64,000 nt of DNA. It comes from Candidatus Poribacteria bacterium. Its GTDB lineage: Bacteria; Poribacteria; WGA-4E; PCPOR2b. This document shows positions 1 through 10,608 of this stretch, piece after piece. The stretch spans positions 2,336,001 to 2,400,000 of the forward strand of contig OZ220744.1 in assembly GCA_965116925.1 (NCBI GenBank), in the 5' to 3' direction. Position 1 is the first letter of the stretch, and each line of letters opens with the position of its first letter. The position numbers were made by a program, and so were the translations under genes. Under the pieces are notes generated by a model, which was given only the letters and a program-made list of their open reading frames with translations, did no database searches and was not told the DNA's origin.

Positions 1-760
1 ACTGCACGTTATTGAGCTGCACGCGACCATTCAGAAATTGCAGTCAATCAGCGGTGCCTTGACTCCTTACGCGCTATTCCGGGCGGGTAAAATTTATGAG
101 CGTGAGTTGAAGGATTTTGAGCAGGCGATTGCTGTTTACCGCCAATTGATTGAGGCACATCCCCAATCCCTGTGGGCAGCTGAAGCTGTGTGTCGAACTG
201 GGGTTATCTATGCCGAACATCTTAATGATACGGAAAAGGCAATTGAATCTTATCAAACCCTTATCGCGGATTATCCGTCTTCCTCGCAAACGATGATGGC
301 GCATTTCCAACTAGGTGAAATGTATCGTACCCTCGATCAATATGATGAGGCTGTAAAAGCCTATCAGACCACCATTGCTTACCCGAAACAGGCGCAATAC
401 CTTGCCCAGGGTTATAAGGACAGCTTCGCAGATCAGGCGCGATTCCGGATTGGTCGTGTCCATTATGAAAACCAACGCTATGACGCTGCTTTCGTTACCT
501 TCCAAGAGTTTATTGTAAACCAACCGTACTCACCGCGGCTTGCAGCTGCCTACGCCTTTCTGGGAGACATTAGCCACAAACGCGGCGATTCCAAAAACGC
601 GCTGAATGCCTACGATAACGCAATGCGCTTGCTTGAGGGGAGCCCCATCCAATCAACAATGATGCTTGATGAGGCACATGAACTTGGCTTTCAGGAATCA
701 GATCCCACGGCTGTCCTCCAGCACCTAAATGAACTCCGCAAACGGGTGCAGGCAAAATAG
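1..760 (+). CDS. Tetratricopeptide-repeat protein (BamD/CpoB-like), 5' end outside window
   Basis: Repeated TPR helices (ALFRAGKIY...AIAVYRQLIEAHPQS, AHFQLGEMY...); frame is open back to the window start. Confidence 0.8.
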   Translation, partial: LHVIELHATIQKLQSISGALTPYALFRAGKIYERELKDFEQAIAVYRQLIEAHPQSLWAAEAVCRTGVIYAEHLNDTEKAIESYQTLIADYPSSSQTMMAHFQLGEMYRTLDQYDEAVKAYQTTIAYPKQAQYLAQGYKDSFADQARFRIGRVHYENQRYDAAFVTFQEFIVNQPYSPRLAAAYAFLGDISHKRGDSKNALNAYDNAMRLLEGSPIQSTMMLDEAHELGFQESDPTAVLQHLNELRKRVQAK

Positions 761-944
761 GCGTAACGAATTGGCGAGCACCCCTTCCCCGATTCTCCCC
801 TGCCCTTCTTTTATGGATGGATTGAAACCAATCTGACCATACTATCCATCGGATGATAATTTTGTTTCTCCTGTTGTTGGTGGGATGATATAATCAGCGT
901 TATCCATTATCAACTAGCAAGTTTAAGGGAGGAGGGTTTCATCA

Positions 945-2354
945 ATGGCACATCAAAGCCCAACCATATCTAATCGCCTTCACGCTGGCGCAGCCCAAAT
1001 CGACATAACCCCACAGACCGATATCCATCTCGCTGGAGCCGTTGGATCATTTCGGCCCGCTCAGTATGTTTACGATCCGCTTTATGCCAGAGCTCTGGTG
1101 TTGGAAAACGGCGGGAAGAAAATCTGTTTTGTAAGCTTGGATCTCACCATCATTACGGAGGAGTGGACGGCAAAAATCCGTCGAGCGGTTGCAGATGAAT
1201 GCGGACTTGCTCCGGAGGCGGTCATGGTACATGTGACGCAGACACACTCGGCACCGTCACTGGGACATTTCATGTTCGACGAGAGCTTTCAGAGAACACC
1301 ACCGGATATGGAATGGCTGCGTGGGGGTGATCCGCGGTACTTCGATTTTGCATTTGAACGGATCGTCGAGGCAATCAAACAGGCAGATAGTGCCTTGCAG
1401 CCGGTTCAACTCCGGGTCGGTAGCGGGGTAGAAGGACGGGTTGCCTTTAACCGAAGGGCAATCATGAATGACAACAAGGTGCGTATGCCGGGCTCCAAGT
1501 GGGAGGATCCGTTGGGACCTTCTTATATTCGTTATATGGAGGGACCGATTGATCCGGAGGTTGGGGTGATGTGCTTTCAAACGGATTCGGTGGAGATGCT
1601 TGCCATGTTGCTGCACCACACCTGCCATCCGGTGAACATCTTTCCGCGACCGATTGTTTCCGCGGACTGGCCTGGGGCGTGGTCGGACGCAATGTGTGAA
1701 ACCTTCGGCGGCAGTTGCGTGCCCCTCGTTCTCAACGGTTGTTGTGGCAACATCAATCCGTGGGATCCGTTCAATCCGGACTACGTTCCCGATCACCAAC
1801 GTATGGGCAGCCTTCTCGCTAAAACGACTCAGGCGGTGATTGAAAATTTGCCCTATGAGGAGGATTTGTCCCTAGATTGGAAGGGGCGCCGCGTGAAGCT
1901 ACCCATTCGCGATGTTGAACCTGAGTTGCTTGCACAGTCGCGGAAGGTTTTGGCGGAAAATCCAGAGCCGAGATGGTCGCCGGAGAATCCGAAGCAGATT
2001 GATCCAGAGTGGATAAGGGCGGGTTCTATCCTGAGTGTGCATCTCCGAAAAGAGCGAGCACCGGAACTGGATTACGAGATTCAGGTGCTGCGAGTAGGGA
2101 AAACGGCGTTTGTCGGTCTGCCGGGCGAGCCGTTTGTCGAAGGGCAGCTGCAGCTCAAGATGGCTTCTCCGACCTATCCAACGTATATCGCACATTGCAC
2201 GAGCCACTATGTCGGCTACCTGCCTGTCCCCGATGCTTTTCCTCGCGGCGGGCATGAGGTCGAGACGCGGTTTTGGGCAAAGCTGGAGCCGGAGGCGTTG
2301 GAGATGGTGGTTGATGCGGCAACTGAAGTGCTCCGTGAGGTTTTTAGAGATTAA
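945..2354 (+). CDS. Neutral/alkaline ceramidase-like metallo-amidohydrolase
   Basis: AGAAQIDITP, DPLYARALVL, HVTQTHSAP, HTCHP, SADWPG and GLPGEPF motifs; GGAGG RBS upstream. Confidence 0.75.
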   Translation: MAHQSPTISNRLHAGAAQIDITPQTDIHLAGAVGSFRPAQYVYDPLYARALVLENGGKKICFVSLDLTIITEEWTAKIRRAVADECGLAPEAVMVHVTQTHSAPSLGHFMFDESFQRTPPDMEWLRGGDPRYFDFAFERIVEAIKQADSALQPVQLRVGSGVEGRVAFNRRAIMNDNKVRMPGSKWEDPLGPSYIRYMEGPIDPEVGVMCFQTDSVEMLAMLLHHTCHPVNIFPRPIVSADWPGAWSDAMCETFGGSCVPLVLNGCCGNINPWDPFNPDYVPDHQRMGSLLAKTTQAVIENLPYEEDLSLDWKGRRVKLPIRDVEPELLAQSRKVLAENPEPRWSPENPKQIDPEWIRAGSILSVHLRKERAPELDYEIQVLRVGKTAFVGLPGEPFVEGQLQLKMASPTYPTYIAHCTSHYVGYLPVPDAFPRGGHEVETRFWAKLEPEALEMVVDAATEVLREVFRD

Positions 2355-2440
2355 GGTGTTGCCCGATGATAGTTTATGCCTGAGAATCGGAGCGATTGTA
2401 CTGACCAATCTGCAAGGTGGTGTTAAGAGAGGAAAAATCG

Positions 2441-2773
2441 ATGAAAATTGTTGATGAAAAGGAAGCGTGGATTCACACTCATTTTTTCGTTGATAGCGCG
2501 TTAATTACGCTACAGGAACAGAAGTTGATTTCGATGCGCGTTGAGCCTGAGTTGAGACAGATGGGGATTCAATACGGGTTGCGCTACGAGAAGCCGGTCA
2601 ATCCCGAACAATCGCTCATCGTTCTGGAGTGTATCCCGTTTGAAACCACTAGGGAAGTGATTAAAGATCTCATCAATGAAGCGATTAAAGATTTTCCGAG
2701 TCGCAGCGCAAATCCACCGCGGAACGTTGTAACGAATATAACTGTTGAAGGTCCGGAAGCAGCACAACCGTAG
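2441..2773 (+). CDS. Hypothetical protein
   Basis: 110-aa ORF, AGAGGA RBS before ATG at 2441; no recognisable motif. Confidence 0.6.
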   Translation: MKIVDEKEAWIHTHFFVDSALITLQEQKLISMRVEPELRQMGIQYGLRYEKPVNPEQSLIVLECIPFETTREVIKDLINEAIKDFPSRSANPPRNVVTNITVEGPEAAQP

Positions 2774-2935
2774 TAACTGTGTTCTAATCTGTTTTTACAA
2801 AAGCAAAGGTGGAGGATAGAAACTAAAAAAATTAAAAAAGAATCTGACCATCTGCTTACAGCGTGCATCATGAATAGTGAAGGCGTATTACCGTTGTTTG
2901 ACGAACAGGAATAATTGAATCACGGGAGTGCTGCG

Positions 2936-5701
2936 ATGGATCACAGTGACGGGGAGCTAATCAAACGAACACTTGCCGGCGATGAAGCTGCGTTTGGGCC
3001 TCTGGTGGATAGATACAAAGGTGCGGTTCACGCGCTTGTCTACCGCAAAACAGGGGATTTTCACATCGCCGAAGAGTTGACACAAGACGCCTTTCTCCAA
3101 GCCTATCAGAAGCTATCAACGCTCCGAAATCCGGTGCATTTCGCGGGTTGGCTCTACGTCATTGCATCGAGATGTTGCCTGATGTGGTATCGCAAAAAAC
3201 GTCTGCCAACAAGTCCCTGGGCTGAGGTGGAGACTGTTGAGATGGAGACAATTGCTCAACGGGATTACCACGATGAACAGCAGCGACAGGATGTTCATGA
3301 TGCGCTAGACAGTCTGCCTGAAAGTCAGCGTACCGTCTTGACGCTTCACTACCTTGGTGGCTTGAGTTGTAGAGAGATTGGGCGTTTCATCGGTACGTCG
3401 GAAGGTGCAATCAAGGATCGGCTCTATCGCGCACGTCTCCGTTTACGAGAGGAGATAACGAACATGATGCAGGAAACTTTGAGAGGCTTCCAACTACCGC
3501 CGACGTTCACCCGAAAACTGTTAGAGCGAATCAGCAATTTAGAACCTACCCCGGCTATCCCGCGCGGTCAGCCGCTGATTCCGTGGGGTATCGCTGGTGC
3601 CGTAACGATTGTCCTGATTGTCTGTGCAAGTTTCACAAACGGGCTCCGATTTCAGCTGCCGTATAGCTTTCATGCGGATGAGTCGGCAACAGTGGTTGAG
3701 GTTACCAACGCGCCTATTGTGGATCGTGCCCTCCTTCCACCCAATCAACGTGGCGGTCAGGTGGTGTTTCAAGCTGCTGCCCAGAAGGAGCAAGATAATG
3801 CCCAGCTTGGTCTGAGTTATCAAGATTATCAGAGGTGGCATTTACCCGAAAGAGCCAAAGCGCGCATCGGAAAAGGGGCGATTAGTCAGGGCGATAGAGC
3901 GATTGCGTTTTCGCCCGATGGTATACATATCGCAGTCGCAAGCAACATTGGTGTTTGGCTATATGAAGCGGATACAGGTCATGAACTGGTGCTACTCCCC
4001 ACGGTCTCCCATTGGGCACACGCTGTGGCGTTTTCACCGGATGGCACAAAACTCGCCGGGGCAGATGGGCGGACGATCCAACTGTGGGCCGTTTCGACGC
4101 AAACAAGTATTGCCACCCTTGAGGGGCATACGGGATTGGTCTGGTCGGTGGCGTTCTCGCCTGATGGTACGACGCTGGCTTCGGGGTCAGTGGATAAAAC
4201 TATCAAACTGTGGGAAGTCTCCACAGGTAGAAATATCAACACACTCACAGGACATACAGAATTACCGAGATCTGTGGCATTCTCACCTGATGGTACGAAA
4301 CTCGCTTCGGGATCTGTTGATAAAACGATCAAACTGTGGGAGATTGAGACAGGAAAAAATATCAGTACGCTTACAGGACATACGAATAGGGTCAAATCTA
4401 TAGCATTCTCGCCCGAGGGTACGAAGCTCGCTTCGGGATCGGCAGATGCAACGGTCAAGTTGTGGGATGTTTCCACCGGAGAAAATATCAAAACGTTCGG
4501 AGATACAGATGAGTCCTCTACTGCGGTGCGGATGCTTCATCTCTTTGCGCGTCGTTCTTCCGAGTCCGTGCAGCATACGTTTCCAATCACCTCTGTAGCG
4601 TTTTCGCCCGATGGTACGACACTCGCCTCAGGAGATGCGGATGGAATGGTCAAGCTGTGGGATGTTTCGACGGGAAGAGATATCAGAATAGTCCGCGGTC
4701 CCGGAGGATTATATAAATCTGTGGCGTTTTCGCCCGATGGTGCAAAACTCGCCTCGTCCATTTCGGGCGGGTATGGAACGATTGAAATAAGGGAGGTCGC
4801 AACAGGAAAGAATATCAACACAATTACGGGTCATCTAGATGGGGTCCAGTCTATAGTGTTTTCCCCCGATGGCACCAAACTCGCTGCGGGTTTATCTGTG
4901 TCACAAGGTGTCAAATTATGGGAGATAGAAACGGGTCAACAGGTTGCCACTTTCTCGGAAAAAATGGGGACGGTTAAGTCCGTGGCGTTCTCCCCCGATG
5001 GTATGACCCTTGCTTCCACTCCGGGTGCACTTGGAAAGATCAAACTGTGGGAGCTAGAAACAGGCAAAAATATCGCCACACTCACAGGACACAAGGGTTG
5101 GGTTCTCTCTGTGGTATTTTCGCCTGATGGCGCGAGACTCGCATCAGCAGCAGAGGATAAAACGGTCAAACTCTGGGACGTTGAGACAGGCAGAAATATC
5201 GCTACACTCCAAGGGCATACGGATGGGGTTCCCTCTGTGGCGTTCTCCCCTGATGGTGCCAAACTCGCCTCCGGGTCGGCGGACAAAACTGTTAAATTAT
5301 GGGATGTTGAGACAGGCAGAAATATCGCGACACTTGAGGGGCATACAGGTAAGGTTTGGTCTGTGGCATTTTCTCCCGATGGTACAAAGCTCGCCTCGGG
5401 ATCAGCGGGCAAGACCGTTAAATTATGGGATGTTGAGACCGTCAAAAACATCACTACACTTGAGGGGCATAGGGACTGGGTCTGGTCTGTGATGTTTTCA
5501 CCCGATGGTACAAAGCTCGCATCGGGGTCAGATAACACAGTTGAATTGTGGGAGGTCGAGACGGGAAAACATCTCGACACATTTCAAGGAGATGGGCGGG
5601 CATTGATGTCTGTGGCATTTTCGCCCGATGGTACAAAACTCGTTTCCGGGGCATCGACTGGACCGATTCTGCTGTGGGATCTATCAGATTTTACCGACTG
5701 A
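2936..5701 (+). CDS. ECF sigma-70 factor fused to a TM helix and a WD40-repeat beta-propeller
   Basis: N-terminal sigma region 2 (AEELTQDAFLQAY, FAGWLYVIA) and region 4 (LPESQRTVLTLHY...REIGRFIGTSEGAIKDRLYRAR); hydrophobic WGIAGAVTIVLIV; about 14 GH...VAFSPDG.KLASGS.D.TVKLWD repeats. Confidence 0.9.
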   Translation: MDHSDGELIKRTLAGDEAAFGPLVDRYKGAVHALVYRKTGDFHIAEELTQDAFLQAYQKLSTLRNPVHFAGWLYVIASRCCLMWYRKKRLPTSPWAEVETVEMETIAQRDYHDEQQRQDVHDALDSLPESQRTVLTLHYLGGLSCREIGRFIGTSEGAIKDRLYRARLRLREEITNMMQETLRGFQLPPTFTRKLLERISNLEPTPAIPRGQPLIPWGIAGAVTIVLIVCASFTNGLRFQLPYSFHADESATVVEVTNAPIVDRALLPPNQRGGQVVFQAAAQKEQDNAQLGLSYQDYQRWHLPERAKARIGKGAISQGDRAIAFSPDGIHIAVASNIGVWLYEADTGHELVLLPTVSHWAHAVAFSPDGTKLAGADGRTIQLWAVSTQTSIATLEGHTGLVWSVAFSPDGTTLASGSVDKTIKLWEVSTGRNINTLTGHTELPRSVAFSPDGTKLASGSVDKTIKLWEIETGKNISTLTGHTNRVKSIAFSPEGTKLASGSADATVKLWDVSTGENIKTFGDTDESSTAVRMLHLFARRSSESVQHTFPITSVAFSPDGTTLASGDADGMVKLWDVSTGRDIRIVRGPGGLYKSVAFSPDGAKLASSISGGYGTIEIREVATGKNINTITGHLDGVQSIVFSPDGTKLAAGLSVSQGVKLWEIETGQQVATFSEKMGTVKSVAFSPDGMTLASTPGALGKIKLWELETGKNIATLTGHKGWVLSVVFSPDGARLASAAEDKTVKLWDVETGRNIATLQGHTDGVPSVAFSPDGAKLASGSADKTVKLWDVETGRNIATLEGHTGKVWSVAFSPDGTKLASGSAGKTVKLWDVETVKNITTLEGHRDWVWSVMFSPDGTKLASGSDNTVELWEVETGKHLDTFQGDGRALMSVAFSPDGTKLVSGASTGPILLWDLSDFTD

Positions 5702-5724
5702 TAAATTGGCGACTTTCTCACTTA

Positions 5725-6309
5725 TAGTGAATTCTAAAAATAAGTAGACATTAAAAGTAGATAGTTTTTTGTATCGCAATCTGTTAGATTGTGATCTTCT
5801 GCCGCAAACTATAGTAGATGTTAGAATTAATGAGACACTCTCAATACACAGCCAACCCCCTAAATCCCCCTTATCAGGGGGACTTTGAAGATTTCGCGCC
5901 GATTGAAATTATTAGTAAATGTATCCTTATTTCTCATGTTTACTATAAATGAAGATTAATTTTTTAATTCGGTAATTTACCAGCGATGCCCGGTGCGGTT
6001 GAAAACCGCACCTACCGGGCCTGGGAAAAATATAGACAGGACTTACGCGGTCGAACGCTTGAAGCCTTGTAGTTCGGTGATTCATCGCTGCTGGACATCG
6101 TTGCCAACGTCCGATGAATCGGGCAACTACAATCTGAAGTGCGTAAGTCCTGATAAAATTACCGAAGTATTTTCTGAAACTTCATACAATTTGCGCTACA
6201 TTTGGCAGATTGCCCTTTACATCGGAGGCTGGCACCGTGTGCCGTAACCCTGTGAACAAGTTCCTGACATCGCTCGTTCATCGTGTCTAATTAATTCTAA
6301 AACCTACCA
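5725..6309. mobile_element. Nested MITE/REP cluster
   Basis: Outer imperfect inverted ends TAGTGAATTCTAAAAATAAGTAGACA...TGTCTAATTAATTCTAAAACCTACCA flanked by TA; contains a 134-bp MITE (5812-5945), an element with CAGGACTTACGC/GCGTAAGTCCTG ends (6037-6152) and REP palindromes. Confidence 0.6.
5812..5945. mobile_element. 134-bp MITE with TA flanks (IS630/Tc1-like)
   Basis: Homologous, in inverted orientation and with the same length, to 59939-60072; TA on both sides. Confidence 0.7.
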
Positions 6310-6342
6310 TAATTCATTGAAAACAGAAAGGGAGATATTTCC

Positions 6343-7461
6343 ATGGGGCTACGCGCTGGGATTGTTGGCTGCGGTGGCATCAGCCGGAGTCATGCAACCG
6401 CATACGCAAATCTGAAAGAAGTGGAGCTTGTCGCCTTGTGCGATATTCAGCCCGCGGCACTCAATACAAGGGCGGACGAGTATGCTGTGTCCAACCGCTA
6501 TACCGACTTCCAAGAGATGTTTGAGAAGGAAACGTTAGATGTCGTCAGTGTCTGCACCCATGCGCCGCTGCATGCGCCGGTTGTGATTGCTGCTGCGAAG
6601 GCGGGTATAAATGTCCTGAGTGAAAAACCGCTTTCTACTGATCTGGAAAACGCCGATAGGATGGTCGCGGCTTGTAAAGCAGCAGGGGTGCGGCTTGCGG
6701 TGAGTCATCAATATCGATTTACGCCGCTATTTCGTCACGCGAAGGAGTGGATTGAATCGGGGCGGATTGGCGAATTCCGTTCTATCCGTGAGGTGGGCAA
6801 GGGTCGTGAAGCAGGATTTGAGTTGATGGAGATGGGTGTCCACTACTTTGATGAGATGGATTTCTTCATGGATGGTATTGAGTGGGTTCACGCCCAGGCT
6901 ACCTATCGAGGACACGCTGTCGGTGTTGGGGACATTATGCACAGTAGTGAGCTGTGCAAAACAGATCGGCGCGACAACGGCATGGTGGCAGGCGACATAA
7001 TGATGATTCATCTCGGTGGGAAGCGGGGTGCGAGTGGCTTGGTTGAACTCTATTGCCGTGACCCGCTACAAGGCTGGATGATGGGCCCCCACATTTTAGG
7101 GAGTGAGGGGCAACTGATGATTAAGCCGAATCCCCAAACTGGAGTAGATGAGATGTGGCATTGCCCGTTTGATGTTTCGTTTGCTGCACACACGCCCCAA
7201 TGGAAGCGCGTTCTGCTTCCCGAAGAGGTCTTTGTCATTGATGGTCGGTCATGGTCGGGTAGGCATTCGATTTGGAGTGTGCGGGACATGGTAACCGCGA
7301 TCCGCGAAAACCGGCAGCCGGAGCTTGGTGGCTCCCAAGCACTGACCTCTTTGGAGTGCGTCAGTGCCGTCTATGAGTCCCATTTTACTGAGGCGAGAGC
7401 CTATCTGCCGTTGGAGGACCGCCGTCATCCGCTCATCAAGCGATTGAACGGGGGATCTTAG
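6343..7461 (+). CDS. Gfo/Idh/MocA family oxidoreductase
   Basis: GIVGCGGIS Rossmann motif, EKP motif, MGVHYFD. Confidence 0.9.
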   Translation: MGLRAGIVGCGGISRSHATAYANLKEVELVALCDIQPAALNTRADEYAVSNRYTDFQEMFEKETLDVVSVCTHAPLHAPVVIAAAKAGINVLSEKPLSTDLENADRMVAACKAAGVRLAVSHQYRFTPLFRHAKEWIESGRIGEFRSIREVGKGREAGFELMEMGVHYFDEMDFFMDGIEWVHAQATYRGHAVGVGDIMHSSELCKTDRRDNGMVAGDIMMIHLGGKRGASGLVELYCRDPLQGWMMGPHILGSEGQLMIKPNPQTGVDEMWHCPFDVSFAAHTPQWKRVLLPEEVFVIDGRSWSGRHSIWSVRDMVTAIRENRQPELGGSQALTSLECVSAVYESHFTEARAYLPLEDRRHPLIKRLNGGS

Positions 7462-7588
7462 AGTATCGGCTGGGCAGGATGCCCAGCCTACCGGTGTGGA
7501 TTGTTGAGGTCGGACACGATGCCCGACCTACAGGTAGATTTGTACAAGAGTTACGGCATACGGAGTAGCCTACTACTAGAGATTTAGG

Positions 7589-8590
7589 TTATTGTGAACT
7601 CATTGCTGCTTTCTCAACGTCAGCCAACCACACGCGCTCACCATTGTTTGATGCCGACCGATGGACTGCACCCTCGAAAACCAGTTCATTCCATGCGGCT
7701 TCCCCATCTGCTGGGAACGATTCGTCCGCGTGCATCGCTTTGATTACGCCGTCAGCCATGCGGGGGAAGGACGTTTGGTAACTGTCTCCTTCTTCGTTTT
7801 CCCACAGTTCTTCAGCCTCAGAGGTGTTGGCTCCGCGCCAGATATTGGCTTCGCGCCGACGATACCAGCCCTCCAGACCACGGGCTTCGGCGTAACGCTC
7901 ATCGCCGACAATCATGACGCGCAGCGGATGGTCGTCGTCACCCCATAGGTTGCTTCCAGCGAGCGAACCGATCACACCGTTTGCCCACTCCATCTGAATC
8001 ATGCGCTGCCAACCGCCTTCTTCGCTTGGATCGCCCATGACGCTGACCCATTCGGGCAATCCCATGCTCCAGAGTATCTGATCGATGACGTGCGACCAAC
8101 AGTTGAAATGTGCCCGGGCGCGTACCATCCGTATTTCACCCAATCGCCCTTCTACTACATCATCGTGAAGTTTTCGGAAGTGGGTCATGAAGCGGTAGTT
8201 GAAGTCAATGCCAAATTTTAGCCCTGAATCTCGCCACTCAGAGATTGCCGCTGCTGCGATGGGAAGGTCATCCTCTCTGACGCGGAATTGACCCTCTAGG
8301 CCGCAGAGGGGTTTCTCGGTGAACACATTCTGACCTGCTGCGAGCAGCTGCCGCAGCGGTGGGATGCGTCGGGTTTCATTGACGATCAGCAGCATCAGGT
8401 CCACATCGCAGTTCGCGAGCAGCTCTTCGATACTCGAATATCCGGGGGCACCAAACTTTTCTGTGGCTGCGGCGAGCAGTTCGGGATCCATGTCGCAGAC
8501 AGCGACAACTTCGGCGTCGGGATGGCTGTGGAAGTTTCCGCCGTGCATCAATCCCATACCTCTACCGCTGATGAGTGCACATTTTATCAT
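7589..8590 (-). CDS. Gfo/Idh/MocA family oxidoreductase
   Basis: GRGMG, VVAVCD, FTEKP, FNYRF, SHVID. Confidence 0.85.
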   Translation of the reverse strand: MIKCALISGRGMGLMHGGNFHSHPDAEVVAVCDMDPELLAAATEKFGAPGYSSIEELLANCDVDLMLLIVNETRRIPPLRQLLAAGQNVFTEKPLCGLEGQFRVREDDLPIAAAAISEWRDSGLKFGIDFNYRFMTHFRKLHDDVVEGRLGEIRMVRARAHFNCWSHVIDQILWSMGLPEWVSVMGDPSEEGGWQRMIQMEWANGVIGSLAGSNLWGDDDHPLRVMIVGDERYAEARGLEGWYRRREANIWRGANTSEAEELWENEEGDSYQTSFPRMADGVIKAMHADESFPADGEAAWNELVFEGAVHRSASNNGERVWLADVEKAAMSSQ

Positions 8591-8790
8591 GGTTATATTC
8601 CTTTCTATGTCAGACTAAAGATATACAGTGCTTTTTGATAGTGTTCTTCTTATATCTCTTAGATAAGGACTGATCTCCATTGAAGGGTAACGTTGGGGAG
8701 GTGGGAAATCCGCAGACTTGTTGGGTCTGGCGTGAGATAAAATCGGACTGATATGGGGCAGGAGCCCCACAGAACCTCTACGCTACAGTC

Positions 8791-9855
8791 CTATGAATCA
8801 TCAGGCTTTTCGTTGTCTGCGTCAAGCTGCGCTTCCAGTTGAGCGACACGCTCTTGGAGCCGCGAAAACGCTTGCAACATTTCTGGCATTCGACGCAGGG
8901 AGGCTTGGATACGCAGTTGCTGCGCGTGATTTTCTGCCGGGAAACCGGATACGTAGCTCCCTGCAGGAAGGTCTTTGGTCACCGCAGATTTGGCAAAAAC
9001 GGTGCTATCTGCCCCAATGGTGATATGCCCAACGGCTCCAGAGTGCCCCGCCATTGTCACACGATCTTGCAATTCGGCACTTCCAGCGATGCCGGTCTGG
9101 GCGGCGATGCAGCAATCTTCGCCAATTACCACATTATGCGCGATCTGTATGAGGTTATCAAGTTTTGTACCTCGTTTGATGATTGTTGCTCCGTTGGTCA
9201 TCGTGGCGCGATCAACCGTTGTGTTAGCACCGATTTCGACATCATCCTCGATAATTACCGTGCCGATTTGCGGGATTTTATGGTGACGGTCGCTGACTGA
9301 AGCGAAGCCGAAGCCGTCGCTGCCGATGACGACCCCGCAGTGCAGGATAACCCGATTGCCAATCTCGACATCCTCACGAATCGTTACATTGGGATAAATG
9401 AGGGTTTCGTTACCAATTTTCGTGTCATCGCCGATATAGACAAAGGGACTGATAATTGTTCCATCACCGATTTGGACATTATCGCCAATATAGGTGTACG
9501 CCTGAATGGAGACCATCTCGCCGATCTGAACATTCTCGCCAATAATCGCGGTTTCATGGATACCGTAGGTTGTTTTCCGTTTACGCCATGCAAACAGTTC
9601 TAGGACTTTGACAAAGGCGAAGTACGGATTGTCAACGCGAATAAGCGGTTTACCGTTGTAGGGGATATCCTGACCAACGATAATCGCAGCAGCCTGTGTG
9701 CGTTCTATTTCGCGCAGGTACTTTGAGTTGGCGACAAACGTGAGATCATGCGCTCTCGCCTCTTTGATGCCGGAGACGCCGATAATCTCAATCTCCCCGT
9801 CTCCTAGTAACTCCCCATCGATTAATTCACTAATTTCTTTCAGTGTTTTTACCAT
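8791..9855 (-). CDS. lpxD: UDP-3-O-(3-hydroxyacyl)glucosamine N-acyltransferase
   Basis: Hexapeptide repeats, IGSDGFGF, KIPQIG, KLDNLIQIAHNV; follows skp and bamA. Confidence 0.95.
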   Translation of the reverse strand: MVKTLKEISELIDGELLGDGEIEIIGVSGIKEARAHDLTFVANSKYLREIERTQAAAIIVGQDIPYNGKPLIRVDNPYFAFVKVLELFAWRKRKTTYGIHETAIIGENVQIGEMVSIQAYTYIGDNVQIGDGTIISPFVYIGDDTKIGNETLIYPNVTIREDVEIGNRVILHCGVVIGSDGFGFASVSDRHHKIPQIGTVIIEDDVEIGANTTVDRATMTNGATIIKRGTKLDNLIQIAHNVVIGEDCCIAAQTGIAGSAELQDRVTMAGHSGAVGHITIGADSTVFAKSAVTKDLPAGSYVSGFPAENHAQQLRIQASLRRMPEMLQAFSRLQERVAQLEAQLDADNEKPDDS

Positions 9856-9925
9856 AATTGCTTGAGGGTAGATTGCCCTCTGGTATCAGCCGTTTTTCTC
9901 CGGCATTGGAGCCAGCGGACAATCA

Positions 9926-10537
9926 TTAGTTACTCTTTTCCCCTTCCTTTCCTGTCTCGGTTTCGGGGGGAGTCGCCGGTTGTGGAGCGTCCTTCGATTT
10001 TTCTTTTTCGTATGCATCGTTTAGTAGCTTGAGGACCCTCTCCGTCAAATCATACTTTGGATCGACATAAAGTGTCACCAAACGTTTTTCAAGGATAAGG
10101 CTATATCCTTCACTCTCACCGACTCGTTGAAGCAGCCCCTCTATTTCCTGTGTCAGCGGTGCCAGCAGTTCTTCGCGTTTTGCCAAAATTGATTCTTGAC
10201 CAATCTCCAATTCGCGTTGGAGTTCTTGCCTTTTGAGACGAATATCAGCTTCCAGCGTCTGAGTTTCGGGGGCGTCAAGGAACAACCTCTGCTTCGTCAG
10301 GCGGTCCTCCATCGTGTCGATTTCTTGCTGCATGCCTTTGAGTTGATCTGTCAACCGATCTTGAGCAGTTTTCAAAATCTCATTGGCTTCTTGGGCTTTT
10401 GTAAAATTCTCAAATACCCTTTGTGTGTCAACAACACCTAGCTTAAAGTTGTTTTCTGCCGCGGCACCAAAACCCAGACAAAATGATCCAAATAAGATAG
10501 CACTGAGTCCTAGGTAAAACTTCAAAATTCGAGTCAT
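9926..10537 (-). CDS. skp: OmpH/Skp periplasmic chaperone
   Basis: Signal peptide, KLGVVD, coiled coil, GYSLIL, DLTERVL; bamA-skp-lpxD synteny. Confidence 0.9.
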   Translation of the reverse strand: MTRILKFYLGLSAILFGSFCLGFGAAAENNFKLGVVDTQRVFENFTKAQEANEILKTAQDRLTDQLKGMQQEIDTMEDRLTKQRLFLDAPETQTLEADIRLKRQELQRELEIGQESILAKREELLAPLTQEIEGLLQRVGESEGYSLILEKRLVTLYVDPKYDLTERVLKLLNDAYEKEKSKDAPQPATPPETETGKEGEKSN

Positions 10538-10608
10538 AAAACCTCCGTGTGGTGGAGTCCCCGATGTGGGGTCTCCGCTATTTTAGGTATCTTAATACGT
10601 TACATTTA

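Noticed and set aside
3880..5690. Periodic ~126-bp DNA repeats and long antisense ORFs
   Set aside because: Explained by WD40 coding repeats; not a CRISPR array or separate genes
5993..6247. 84-aa ORF in the repeat cluster (similarly 19386-19598, 19530-19766, 32243-32452, 60247-60456)
   Set aside because: Made of MITE/REP sequence; no protein-family signal
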